A stretch of DNA of 64,000 bases. Source: Candidatus Omnitrophota bacterium. GTDB taxonomy: Bacteria > Omnitrophota > Omnitrophia > Omnitrophales > Aquincolibacteriaceae. The DNA lies in assembly GCA_023247055.1 (NCBI GenBank), contig JAHFHF010000006.1:600-64599 (forward strand), read 5' to 3'. The position numbers and the translations under genes were made by a program. Shown here one piece after another: positions 13,101 to 25,100 of the stretch. Positions within the stretch are counted from its first letter, which is position 1. The number at the start of each line of letters is the position of its first letter. The notes below the pieces were generated by a model. The model had not been told where the DNA came from, did no database searches, and saw only the letters and a list, made by a program, of their open reading frames with translations.

Positions 13101-16100
13101 CAGTTTGGACCGCCGTGACGGCACCGTGATTTTCAACGAAAGCCAGCCGCTGGTTTATGCCGTCGAAGTGCCGGAAGACGGCCTGTATTCCGTGGGCCTG
13201 GCGGCGCGCAATTTCTTCAAGGCAGGCCTGGATTGGCAGATCGAAGTGGACGTCTATGTGGATGATGAGATTTATCCGCGGACTTCATTTGACGTGCCTG
13301 CCGGCCTCAAAGACACGGCAAATTATGTCAATGACCTCGATTTGACGGCCGGAGCGCATACGATCCATTTTTACGTGCGCGACCTATACGGCGAGGGCGA
13401 CCACATCACGCAGAATCCGCATCCTGATCTTGCGGACCAGCCGGCCGGAGTGGGTTCCGCGCTTCTAGCCGAAAATTTTATTTTCCGGGCGCAGGGTTAC
13501 CGCAGTGACATGGATCTTAACCACAATCAAAGCATTGACACAGGCGATGAAACGATTCTAGCGGGCTTGATTCTGGCCGGGCCGGTCAGCGTGCAGACGC
13601 TCGAGCCCCTGCCCGTGAAAGTCCTGCGTCTGGCCGGCAAGTTTTACCGGGTCGAAATTTCCGGCACTGCCGTGACGCTGGTCTCCGGCAGTGAAAGCAT
13701 CACTACGGCCGTGGATGAAGTGATTGAGAAGAACGGCGTGTATTACCGCCTGCTGCAAGATGCCGCCGGCGAACTGGCCTTGGCGCGGGAACCGTCCGTC
13801 TACGCGTTCCGCGATCCTGCGTTTGAATTCGGCGCGAGCCGGGCGCTAGACCGTCCTGTTGTTTACGTGCGCGGCCGTTATCTGGAAATCGATCGGGCAC
13901 CGGACGGCCGCTGGCGCTTTAGCGATGCGGTTGGCGAATTCCTGTCCAATAGCGAAAAAACCGAAGTTCTGATCATCGACAAGCTTTTCAAAATCCAGGG
14001 CGCTCAGGCCGGCGAATTGTCCCTTGAAGAAGTCCACGCCGAAAGCCTGAAAACGGTGGATTTGGTGATCAATCTAACGGGGGAAGACTACAAGGTCCAG
14101 CGTGAAGGCAGCCAGTGGCGTTTTATCCTCGCGACGAATGCGGCCGTGAGTTATCTCTCCGTCGACGGTGTGGTCACGATTCAAGACAGACCCTACGCCT
14201 TGCGCTGGGATGATCAGCTTCAAGAGTTAGTTGCGGGCAATCACCCTGTTATTTCCAGTGATCTGGCCGGCCAGTCGGTGGTGCTCGACGGAGTGCTCTA
14301 TACGATTCGCATGGATACGGCCGATTCGATCAGCCTGCTGGGTGAAGGTCCGGATGCGCTCGCGGGCGGGACTGTCCCCGGAAACCTTACGCTGGCAGGG
14401 GCGGTTTATGCGGTCGAAAAACTCATCGACGGCCGTTATGTTTTCTCCGGTCAGGTGCAGAGCCGGCCGGCGGAAGAACCCATCCGGTTGTTTGACGGCA
14501 AGTTTTACAGCGTGGCGCATGACGGCGAGTATTTTACGCTCAGCCAAGGCGGAAAGAATTATTCCAATCGTCCGCGTTTAGCGAATTTGCCGGAAGTCGC
14601 ATCGACCGGTGATTTAACCGCGTTTGAATACTTGAAAGACGGTACGGTGCGGCCGGAGATCAGCGATGTCTATGACTCTCAATCCGGCACGCTGACGTCC
14701 GGCGTTTTTACGGTTCCGGGGGATCAAAACTATACGTGGACCTGGGAAATGGCCGCGGGCGGCGAGAGCGGTACCCTGAAAATTCTCAATGCATCCGGAA
14801 CCGCTGCCCTGCAAGAAACCATCAGTGAATCCATGATGTCGATGCCGGGCGGCTGGACTTTAAATTTTCTCAACCCGTTTATTTCGGGCAAGCATGCCGG
14901 CTATAAAGTCAGCTACAACACCGGAACGAATACGCTTACTCTCACGCCCGCCGGCATCACCGGCAATTTTACCGCGCCGGATGGAACGGCTTATCTTTGG
15001 GGCCTGACGCGGCATGAGCGCAAAGACTCCGGAGGGCAGCCGGATACGCTCAATGACGGTTATGTTTTCCGCCTGAGTCAAGCCGGCGGGACGGGCCTTT
15101 ATGAAAAAACCGGTATCGTTGCGAAGTCTCAAGAACTGAATGCGGATTTCACGGGTCTTGTTCAAATGGCCGGCTCGGGCTGGATGGTGCATCTGGATGA
15201 AAACAGCGGCAAACTGCGTTTTGATCCCAAGCATTCGAGCGGGAGTTTCATTTCGGCTGTGGACGATGAGCGCTACATCTGGTCGATCGATTGGACCCAG
15301 ACCGGAGAATTTATGAAGGGGTGGACCTTTACGCTGGAGGATGAGGCCGGCGTCAATACGTTTACGCGTTCCGGTACGCTGAACAGTGATCCGACTTTGG
15401 CGATGCCTGAGACGTTTCCACAGCCGTTTGAGGGTGTTTACGCGCTCGCGAATGCCGTGGAATATCAAATCAGCTTTGATCCGCAGACGAACCGTATGAC
15501 CCTGGCGCCGCAGCGCGTGCTGGTGGAAGAAAGTTCTGACCGGATTTTGATTGACGGGCGCTGGTTTGCGATCAGCGGGACGGATACCGGCAGTCTTGTG
15601 CTGACGAATGAAATTTTGGAAGAGGCCGGTCAATACCGTTTAGCCGGCGAGCGTTATGCCCAGCAGGTTGAAACGAGCATGAACGAGATGGGTTTCCCCG
15701 GGCCGCAGGTGCTGGTGCTGACGGATGAAAACGGCCGGCGCTTTGAAAGCGTTTTGAATACCACATCCGCCGCGACCGGCCAATACGGGTATAACGCCTA
15801 TGGTTACTGGGGGCCGATGTATCAATACACCCATACGTACACGGTCACGATCAAAAACATGACGTTTGAAGTGCGCCTGCCGCCCTATGATCCCTACGAC
15901 TCCAATCCGCCGCCGCTTGAAAATTATACGCTCGTGCCGTATCAGGCCGCGGCCGTAACGGCGGTTGTGCCGGCGGGGACGCTGGTGAAAATCGGCGGCG
16001 CAATTTATGCGATTACCCCCAAGCCGGGCGTTGAAAATGTCTACCTGATTAGCGACGGCCAAACGCTGACGGAAGCTGGGCTTGGCGAGCCGGTGCGTTT

Positions 16101-19100
16101 GAATGGCATCGAATACGTCATCCGCCGCGCGCCTTCCGGAGCGCTCAGTATGATCCAGCAGGTGCAAACGCTGTCCGGGCACCAGGTGATTTTGGAAGGT
16201 GTCCGGTATTCGGTCGAAGAGCAGACGGGCCGGGTCATTCTCTCCGATGGTGTTCAGTCGTTTGAGTCCGATGACGCCAAAGCGAAGATTACGGTCAAAG
16301 ACCGCCTTTATGATCTTGTGCGCACGGAAGCCGGCGCCCTGGTGCTGGTCGAATCCGGCGTGGTCCGCTCGTACCAAACCCTGGTTTTCCAAAATAAAAC
16401 CTACGATGTCCTGCGCAATAGCGACGGTTCGATTTCGCTGCTCTATCACAAGGCAACGCATGGCACGTTGGCGCCAAAAGAATCCGTCCAGATGCCTGCG
16501 CAATTGCGCTATAAAGGCGGAAATTACACCGTGAGCACGCTGGAAGACGGCCGGCTTCAGATCGAAGGTCCCGAAGGTGTTTCCACCAGCGCGGCGGAAA
16601 CGGGCCTGATTGATTTTGACGGGAAACTCTGGCAGGCCGTGCGGCTTGCGGACGGCCGCTGGACGATTGAGGGAACATTCGAAAGCGCTCCGGCCTCCGG
16701 CCAACCGCTGTTTTTTGACGGAAAGATTTACACGCTTGCCATGCAAGCCAATCAATTCGTGCTTTCCGACGGACGCGCTCACTATACGGCGGATGTCTCG
16801 GGTTTTGTGAATTTGAACGGCCGCACGTTCTTCTGGAGCGGGACCGGGCTGGAGGATTTCCAGATGTTCAACCGGCCGTATCTTGGCAGAACCGATACGG
16901 AAATCCAGCTTGAAGGTTTGAACCTGGCCTATCAGATTGAATATTCCATGATGACGGGCCCGGTCCTTAAAATCACGGATTCTGAACGCAATGCGGTTTA
17001 TACCAGCTTTACGGATCAAACCAGGGCCTTCATGGATATCCGGGGCGTTCGCTACGAGATTACGGGCAGCTTGTATGACAGCTTCGGCGAGGGGTTTGGC
17101 CTGCGGCCGGCCGCCGGAAACGTGCCGGCTTCTGCGCCCGCCGAGGAAGGAACCCGGCTTGTGGTGGAAAACCGCATTCTCAGCGTAAGCCTCAAAGCGG
17201 GCACCGGCGATATCTATCTGGCGTCCGACGGTACGGAGACGCTGGAAGTCCGGCTCGGTGAGACGCTCAACGTCAACGGCCTTCCTTATATGCTTAGTCT
17301 GCCAGCCTCCGGCGAACTCAAATTCAGCCTGAGCAGCCGCCAGATCAGTCTGGCGCAGTTGGGGCTGGATTCGACGTCCTATCTGGCTTTTGAAACCGCG
17401 GCCGGCGAATGGGCCTTCCAGGGAACTTACGATCCCACGGGTGAATTGAGCACAAGCACGGGCGGCGGCACGCTGGTCCAAATCGGCGATCTGAAATATC
17501 ACATCGAACGCCTCCCTGACGGCGGCCTCAAACTGACCGAAACCGAAGACAGCGCGCCGGTGGTTTATGAAGATCAACTCTTCCGCAGCGACTTGCAGGC
17601 CCGCACGATCCGCATTTCCGGCAAGATCTACCGGCTCGCACTTGCGGCGGACGGGGACTGGGTCTTGAGTGAAGATTACGAAACTTCGCAGGCCCTGCAG
17701 CCGGCGGTGGAAATCGGCGGCCGCAAACTGCAGTACCGTTTAGAAGACGCGCAGGTGATCTTGACGGACGGGAAAAACAGCTTCCGCAGCAGCCGCGACG
17801 GCTCAAACGTGACGATCGACCATCGCCGCTATGCGATCCAGCGCAGCGGCAGCGCGATTACGCTTTCCGAGCCGTCTCTGCCGTACAGCCAGACGATCGA
17901 TGCGCTTGGCGCAATTTGGCTGATCCGCCGCGACGCGTCCGGAAAAATCATGGCCGACAATCCCGAAACCCAGGAAACGTTTGCCGGCGATACGGCTGGT
18001 CTCGTGATTACGATTCGCGGCGTGCAGTTTGATATCACGGGCGAGGAAGGCCGGCGGATTTTCACGCCGCGTATTTCAGCCGAACCCACCCTAGCCGACG
18101 GCGCTTTCTTGCTGGCCGGCCGGATGTTCTTTTACAAGACCGAAGACGGGCAATTGACCGTGACGTATGCGGACAGCGGGGCCGCGGCCGGCGCAGCGGA
18201 CGAAAATGCCGGACTGATCGAAATCGCCGGTACCGTTTATCAAGTGCAGCGCACGAGCGGCCGGCTTGAATTCCATAAGCAAGCCTTTGAAGAAGCTCAG
18301 GAAATTTCAGGAGCGGTGTTTTACATCAACGGAACGATTTATGAGGTTCAGTATGATGAGACTGCCGGGTCTTTCGAAGTACGCAGCGGCCAGAAAACTT
18401 ACACCAGCGATCCGGCCACGGGGCATATTTTGATCGGCGAAATTGCGGCTGAAATCCGCCGCGATACCGCGAGCGGCGAAATTACGATCACGGTGCCCAC
18501 AGCAGCCAGCGTCAAGCGCGCCGACCAGGCGGTTGAACTCAAGGGCCAGATTTATTGGCTGACGCGCCTGGAAGCCGGCCGGTACGAAGTTTATGATCCG
18601 GCTGCGAAAACGCCGCATGCGTCCCGCCTTGAACAAATTGACGGCGTCTGGCTACCGGTGGTGGATCTGGCCGGCAGTGTTTACCGCGTGGTCGAAGACC
18701 GCGGTGAACGCATGCGTCTGGAAGAGGTGACAGAGGAATTTATTTCCGACGACCGCTTCAAGGTGCTGGCCGGCGGTAAGGAATACACGATCGGCCAGGA
18801 TTCCGTGGATCAACGTTTCTATCTCGATGACGGCACGCACCGTTTCTATGAAACCGGGGTGGATGGCATTATCAAGATCGGCGCTGATTCCTTTAGCGTG
18901 CGTGAACTGGCCGGCCGGCGCTTGTTTAATCCGGAGGTGGTCAAGCGCGCCGATCTGGATCAAAACGGCGAATTCAACGCCGAGGATGCGCGCATCTTGA
19001 CGCGCCTGGCCAGCCACTACAAAGACATCAACGGCGACGGTCTGGTCGATCAGCAGGATATTGACGCGTTAAATAAAATTATTGATCTCACGCCTGAGAT

Positions 19101-22100
19101 CCGTGATGCGGTGCCGGATGGTCAGATTACATCCGATGATTTTACTTCGCTTGACGTCAACCATGACCGCAAGATTGATTACCGCGATGCCAACGCGCTC
19201 AACCAGGTGGTGCAGAACCGCTTTGACATCAACCGCGACGGCCTCACCTCGAGCGGCTCCGGCGTTCCGGCGACGGATGACCTGGCATTTTTCAACGCCC
19301 TGTTTAGCCAGATCCGCCAGCTGCAGGCTCAGGGCATTGTGGTCGAGCCGGCCAAACTAAAAGCGCTGGATGTCAACAATGACGGGCTGGTGACGCATGA
19401 GGACGTGACGGCGCTTGGAAAAGTGATCGGCAAGAATTTCGATATCAATGGCGACGGCAAACTCGATGACCTGGCCAATCGCAAGGATGAAAAACGGCTC
19501 GACGATGTGATCAGCGCGCTCGCTTTGAAGATCAAACAGAACGAATTGACGCTGGCCGATGTGAACCGCAACGGCAAGGTCGATGACAAGGACCGCTCCG
19601 ACCTTTCGGAATCGATCCGCAAGTATACCCAGCTCGCGGTTGCCGCGGATTATGACGCCAGCGGCCTTTTTGATTACGGCGACCTCGTAGCCCTGCAGCG
19701 GGATGTCGGCGAAATCCGCCGCGGCAGCCTGCTCAGCCCGCAGCTGCTCTCGCGCGCGGACATCAATAATGACGGGCGCGTGGATGACCGTGACTGGAGA
19801 ACGCTGGAGCAGGGCCTGGCTTCGCACCGGGATGTCAATGAAGACGGCCGCATCGACAGCAAAGACAGCGAGGTGCTGGAACGCTATCTGAATTTCACAG
19901 CCGGCGAAATTATTCCGGCCCGCGAAATCCGGCTCGAGACGCCGGAGGGGCTCGAGAGCCAAATTACGGGCAGTCAGTCCATTGTGCTGGATGACGAGCG
20001 CTATGTTGTCTCAAAGAACACCGAAGGCGCTTATGTGTTGACGTCCCGCGACGAGACGTTTAACGCCTATGGCGGAATCAATATCGTGGAAATCGGTGAG
20101 CACATTTACGACATCTACGAAGATCCGGACGGCAAGATCCGTCTGGTGGATCAGGAAGCGCGCACGCATCAGAGCATGCACCGGGCGGATTTCGTCATCC
20201 GGCTGGGTGAGCGGGAATATGACGCTTATTTCAAAGATTACGGCCGTTTTGAATTTAAATCCGCCGAGTGCTTTGACGGAACCGAAAACTGCGAAACGGC
20301 GCTGAGCGGTTTTGACGACAAAGTAACACTGCAAAATCAGGTGTTTATCGTTGAAACCGACTCGCTGACGCGTCAGGCCGCGCTCAAAGCGGCCTCGATG
20401 CGCAGCCTGAAACGCGCGGACCAGGTCATTGAACTGGAAGGCAAACGCTACGAAGTGGTCAATCATTTTGACGGCAGCTATACGTTCAAAACGGATGAGT
20501 TTGAACAGCGCTCCGACCGCGATCAGAAACGCGTCAAACTGGACGGAATTTATTATGACATCCACGAAGATCCGCTGACGGGCCATGTGCAGCTGGCTGA
20601 ACAGCATGCGATCAGCCGGGTGCTGGCTGACCAGGTCATCCGCATTCAGCGCAAAGATTCGCTTTCCTTGTCCGAAATTTATGCCGGGGCGGATACGCGG
20701 GCGCTTTTCCTGGCCAGCCAGGGCGGACAGAAAATCGGCAGTCCGGTCGTTTATGACGATTCTTACCTAGTAAATTTCAACCTTGACGGCACGACGACCT
20801 TTACGCATGAGAAGACCGGCACGAAATACACAAGCGGCCGCTCCCAGGAAGACGGCACTTCCGTTGTGACGATTGACCGGATGGCTTTCCGTATTTTCTC
20901 CGATTACGAAAACGGCGGGATCTATATCGAGCAGGATCATGAAAAACTGGGCTCCGATGCGGGCGCCGGTGCGGGCCGCGGCCAAGTCACGTTCTTGAAA
21001 GCCGGCGAGCCGGTGACTTACGAATGGATTTATGATGATGCGACCGGCAAGCTCAAGATCAACGGTGAATGGGTCAACCCCGAAACCAATACAGCCTTGC
21101 TCGACGGCCAGCAATTCCTGATTAATTTTGATCCGGAAAAAGGCCGCCTGGCCATGGAACAGGCCTACCTGCGCTCAAGCCGCGTGGCCGATCAGCGTTT
21201 GATTCTGGAAGACACGTTGTTTAATGTTTCGCACAACAAGGACGGCTCTTTCTCGCTCTTTGACGGCGAGACCAGCTTCCGCACCAACCCGGTGTCCCGC
21301 AAGGTGACGATCCGCGGCCGGGTTTACGATGTGATTGAAAACAGCTACAGCGGATCGATCACGCTGGCCGAAGAGTACAGCCGTGAAAGCAAGCCGGTCT
21401 ATGATCAGGTCATTGAACTCAACGGCAAAAATTATTTTGTGCGTGAAAATACGCAGGATGGCATCACGGAGTTCATCCACGCTGACGAGACGATCCGCTC
21501 CACGGCCAGCCGGACCTGGCAGGACGCATCCATTGATTTTACCAAGGATAAGATGCCGCAGGGCTGGGCGCCGGAGACGGGCAGCTGGCGCATCATGGCC
21601 GGCCGCGCCGAATCGCTGGTGCAAGGCCAGCAGGCCTCGTTTGCCCGCACCGGGCTTGTGACCGAAACTGATTTTACATTGTCGGTCGATCTCTCCTTTG
21701 AAATCCTCAGCGATGAACCCGCCGCGCCTGCCGGCACAGCCGATGAGCGTCTCTGGGAAGGCTCAGTCCTCTTTAATGTGATGGATCGCGATAACGCTTA
21801 CGCGGCCCGCCTGTTTGAGCGGGGCGGCAGCCGGTTTGTGGGGTTATACAAGCTGGTTCACGGGATTGAGTATCCGCTGGCCTTGGAGCGCGAACTGCCG
21901 TTTGAGTTCAGCACGGAGACGGATTACCGCATGCAGATCCGTGTGGAGTCCGGCAAAATCACGCTGGCCATGAATGATCAGCCTCTGCTGGAGGCCCAGG
22001 ACCATTATTTCACCGGCGGCGCCGTGGCGCTCGCTGGCAAGGGCCGCGATGTTCAGTTTGACAACATCGTTCTGCATCACGCGCACGAACTGGATCAGCC

Positions 22101-25100
22101 GCGGCAAGTCACGATAGATGACCATCTTTACACGATTTCACGGCGTGATTTTACCGAGACGTATGATCTGGATATCAACCGGGACGAGGCGTTCAGTCAA
22201 GGCGACAGCGGCGCCCTGCTGGAAGCTTTGCTCAGTAACGGGCTTGTCAGCGAAGAAGACTTGGCTCGTTACCGCGCGCAGGGCGGAACCGCGGGATTGG
22301 GCGCTAGCGGCGGCGAGGGCGAGGGATCGTTTGCGGGCGGAGAGAGTGCCGGAGGGGGCGCAGGCATGCCGGCCGGCGGGGAAACTGGCGCAGGTTCAGG
22401 CACGTCCTATCAGGTTTCGGAAGACGAAGGCGTGGATTTGAGCGGCCTGCATGTCAGCATTCCGGGCCGCCTGCCGCGTTCGACCGTGGACATTACCGGC
22501 GACGGCCGCGGTGATATTGCGGACATCAAACGTATCCAAGAAATTCTGTTTGCCGTGCGCCGCGGTGAAATTGTCCAGCCGCGTGATTACGAGAAGGCGG
22601 ATGTTACCGGGGATGGAAAAGTTACGGATGCCGACTGGAAAGCGATTGAAACCGCGCGGCTCAAAGCGGCGCGCAGTGACGTGACCCAAGATGGCGTTAC
22701 GGATTACCGCGATGTTGAAGCGATCCGCCACATTGACCGCGAAGAAGTCATCCGGGCCACGGCGTCTGAAATCGCGAAAGCGGACCTGAACCACAACGGC
22801 GCGCTGGACGCTGCGGATGTGGCGCAGCTTGAGCAGACCATGAAGCATATGCATGAGCTGGATCTTGATTTCGACGGCAAGATTGTTTTGGCGGACGAAC
22901 TGGCGGCTTTTGACAAAGCCAAAGAATTTTACGATCTGGGCTTGAGCCTGAGCGCCGAACAGTTTGCGCGGGCGGATATCGATCAGGACGGTTTGATCAC
23001 GCCGGCGGATCTGCGCATTTATGAAAAACTGACCCAGCAGTGGGATGCTGCCGGCACGCCGCGCAATGTTTTTGATCTGACCAACGACGGCGTGGTGGAT
23101 GGCAGCGATGAGCAGCGCATGGTTGATCTTTTGATGGCCGAGGGCCTCAAAATCACTGAAGAAGAAAAAGTCCTCGGCGATATCAACCGCGACGGCATAA
23201 CGGACAGCCGTGATTTGGATCTCTATACGCTGATTTATCAAAATGAAAACCGGCTGAATATTGATGGGGTGGCGGGCATCAATGCGCAGGATGTTAATAA
23301 AGCCGCCTCGATCCGCAGCTGGCTGGCCGCGCGTAATGCGCCGGTGCGCGGGCTGACTCGGTTGAAAGATCTTCAAGATGCGGGCGTGGACACCGCCAAT
23401 CCGGATGCGGTTGCCGCGCATCTCAACCAGCTGATTTCAACCACGCAGGCCAAGATTGCCGACGTCAACGGCGATGGTCTGATCGATGAAAAAGATTTGG
23501 CCCGCGCCCGCGAAGTCGAGGAAATCGTCAGTTACGGTATGGACCGCGGCTTTGCGCTGGACATGCGTTTCGATCTTAACCAGGACGGCAAAGTCGATGA
23601 CAGTGATCTGGCGGCGCTGATGACCGCCATTTCCAACCAGATTGTGCATGATGTGAATGCGGACGGCGCGGTCAACCAGACGGATGTGGATCTTTTTGAC
23701 CGCATGATCCGCTATCAACGCACGGGCTATACGGTGATGCCGGATGATCTGGAGAATGCCGACATTGACCATAGCGGCGCTTTTGATGCGGGCGATGTGA
23801 CGAATTTCACAAACGCGCTGCCATTCTACCGCGATGTGACCGGCGATAAACGCCTGGATAGTGCGGATCTGCTCGCGGTCCGTAAAGCCAAGGCCTTGCA
23901 GGAAGCCGGTTACACGGACCGCTCCTCCGGCGAGCCGGTTTACCGGCCGCTGACGCTGGATCTGCTGCGCCGTGCGGATCTGACCCGCGATAACGTGATC
24001 GACAGCGCGGATAGCGCTTTTCTGGCGCAGGCCATTCAAGGCAATCTGGATCTGACCGGTGATTTTGCCGTGACGATCGAGGACCAGCTGCGGCTCGGCC
24101 AGTATTCGCCGTGGGGGCTGGGCGTGAAGCAAGTCGAACGTGCAGACATTGATCAGGACAATCTTATCGGCGCGCGTGATTATGCCGGCCTGCTGGCGGC
24201 GCTCGGCGGCATTGACCGCGCGGATGTCACCGGTGACGGCAAGGTCGATGCCAATGATCTCAAAGATTTACGCCGGCTGGTCGAAGCGGCCAAGCTGAAA
24301 GTGACCGGCCGCGATGTGGTGCTGGCGGATGTGACCCGGGACCGCAAGGTCGATGTGGCGGACGTGACGAAAGTCATTGAAAGCGTACGGGCTTTGCAGG
24401 CCTTTGACATCACCGGCGACCGCATGGTCAATGCGCTGGATGAACAGGCGCTTTTCTTCCTGTGGGGCGTCGAGCCGCTGGATCTGTTAAACCAAAGCGA
24501 AGCCGCTTTGGCTGAGCTGGAAGCGCGTGCGGCCGCTGCGGTCGACGCCGGGGAAGCCCGCGCCATCGAACGCGCGGCCCAAGGTATTTTTAATCAGGCC
24601 CTGACCATGGAAGAAACCGGCAAAGCGATTGCGCGCATGCTGCTCAGCCCCAGCGAATCGCAACAGATGCTGCAGGAAATTGCGCAGATCATGGCGCGTC
24701 TTTCCGGACACCGCAGCGCCATCCAAGCCGTGCTCGCTGCGCTCACCGGACAAGCAGCGCTGGCCCCCAGCCTCGCAAGCCAGCTGGAAGATGCCCTCAA
24801 AGTCCTCAAAGAAACTTTGGTTGAAGCGCGCGCGGCTGAAAGTTCGGATGCGGTGGATTCATTGGTGCTTTCGGTCGAGCCCGTGATTCAAAATATGCGT
24901 ACACTGGCCGGGACGCAGGGACAGGTCCAGCCAGGAACTCAGCCGGACCTGTCCCTGGCTGCCTATCTGGATCAGGGCGAGGCTGTTTTTGCTGAACTCT
25001 CCGCGTTGGCGCAGTCCGTGCGGCAGGCGGAAGAGACGATGGCAGGCCTTGCCGAACAAACCCGCAATGCGCTGGCGCTGGCGGATTGGATGAGCCGGCA

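Noticed and set aside
15640-17577. 645-aa minus-strand ORF. The same applies to 59020-60411 (463 aa), 39445-40659 (404 aa), 7618-8739 (373 aa), 22396-23421 (341 aa) and 38847-37987 (286 aa).
   Set aside because: It is an antisense shadow ORF for the same reasons. It overlaps regions where the + frame encodes clear protein motifs (hairpin repeats, Ca-loops, helical region).
1-21480. RHS/YD-repeat polymorphic toxin.
   Set aside because: The G-x-x-Y hairpins lack the Y-x-Y-D-x-x-G-R core. I saw no RHS core (PxxxxDPxGL) or C-terminal toxin tip in the window, so the resemblance is noted only as an analogy.
18946-24480. RTX (GGxGxDxUx) nonapeptide repeat toxin or adhesin.
   Set aside because: The Ca-motifs here are 12-residue D-x-[ND]-x-[DN]-G-x-h-[DN]-x-x-D loops followed by helices, which is dockerin/EF-hand type. 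They are not glycine-rich nonapeptides.
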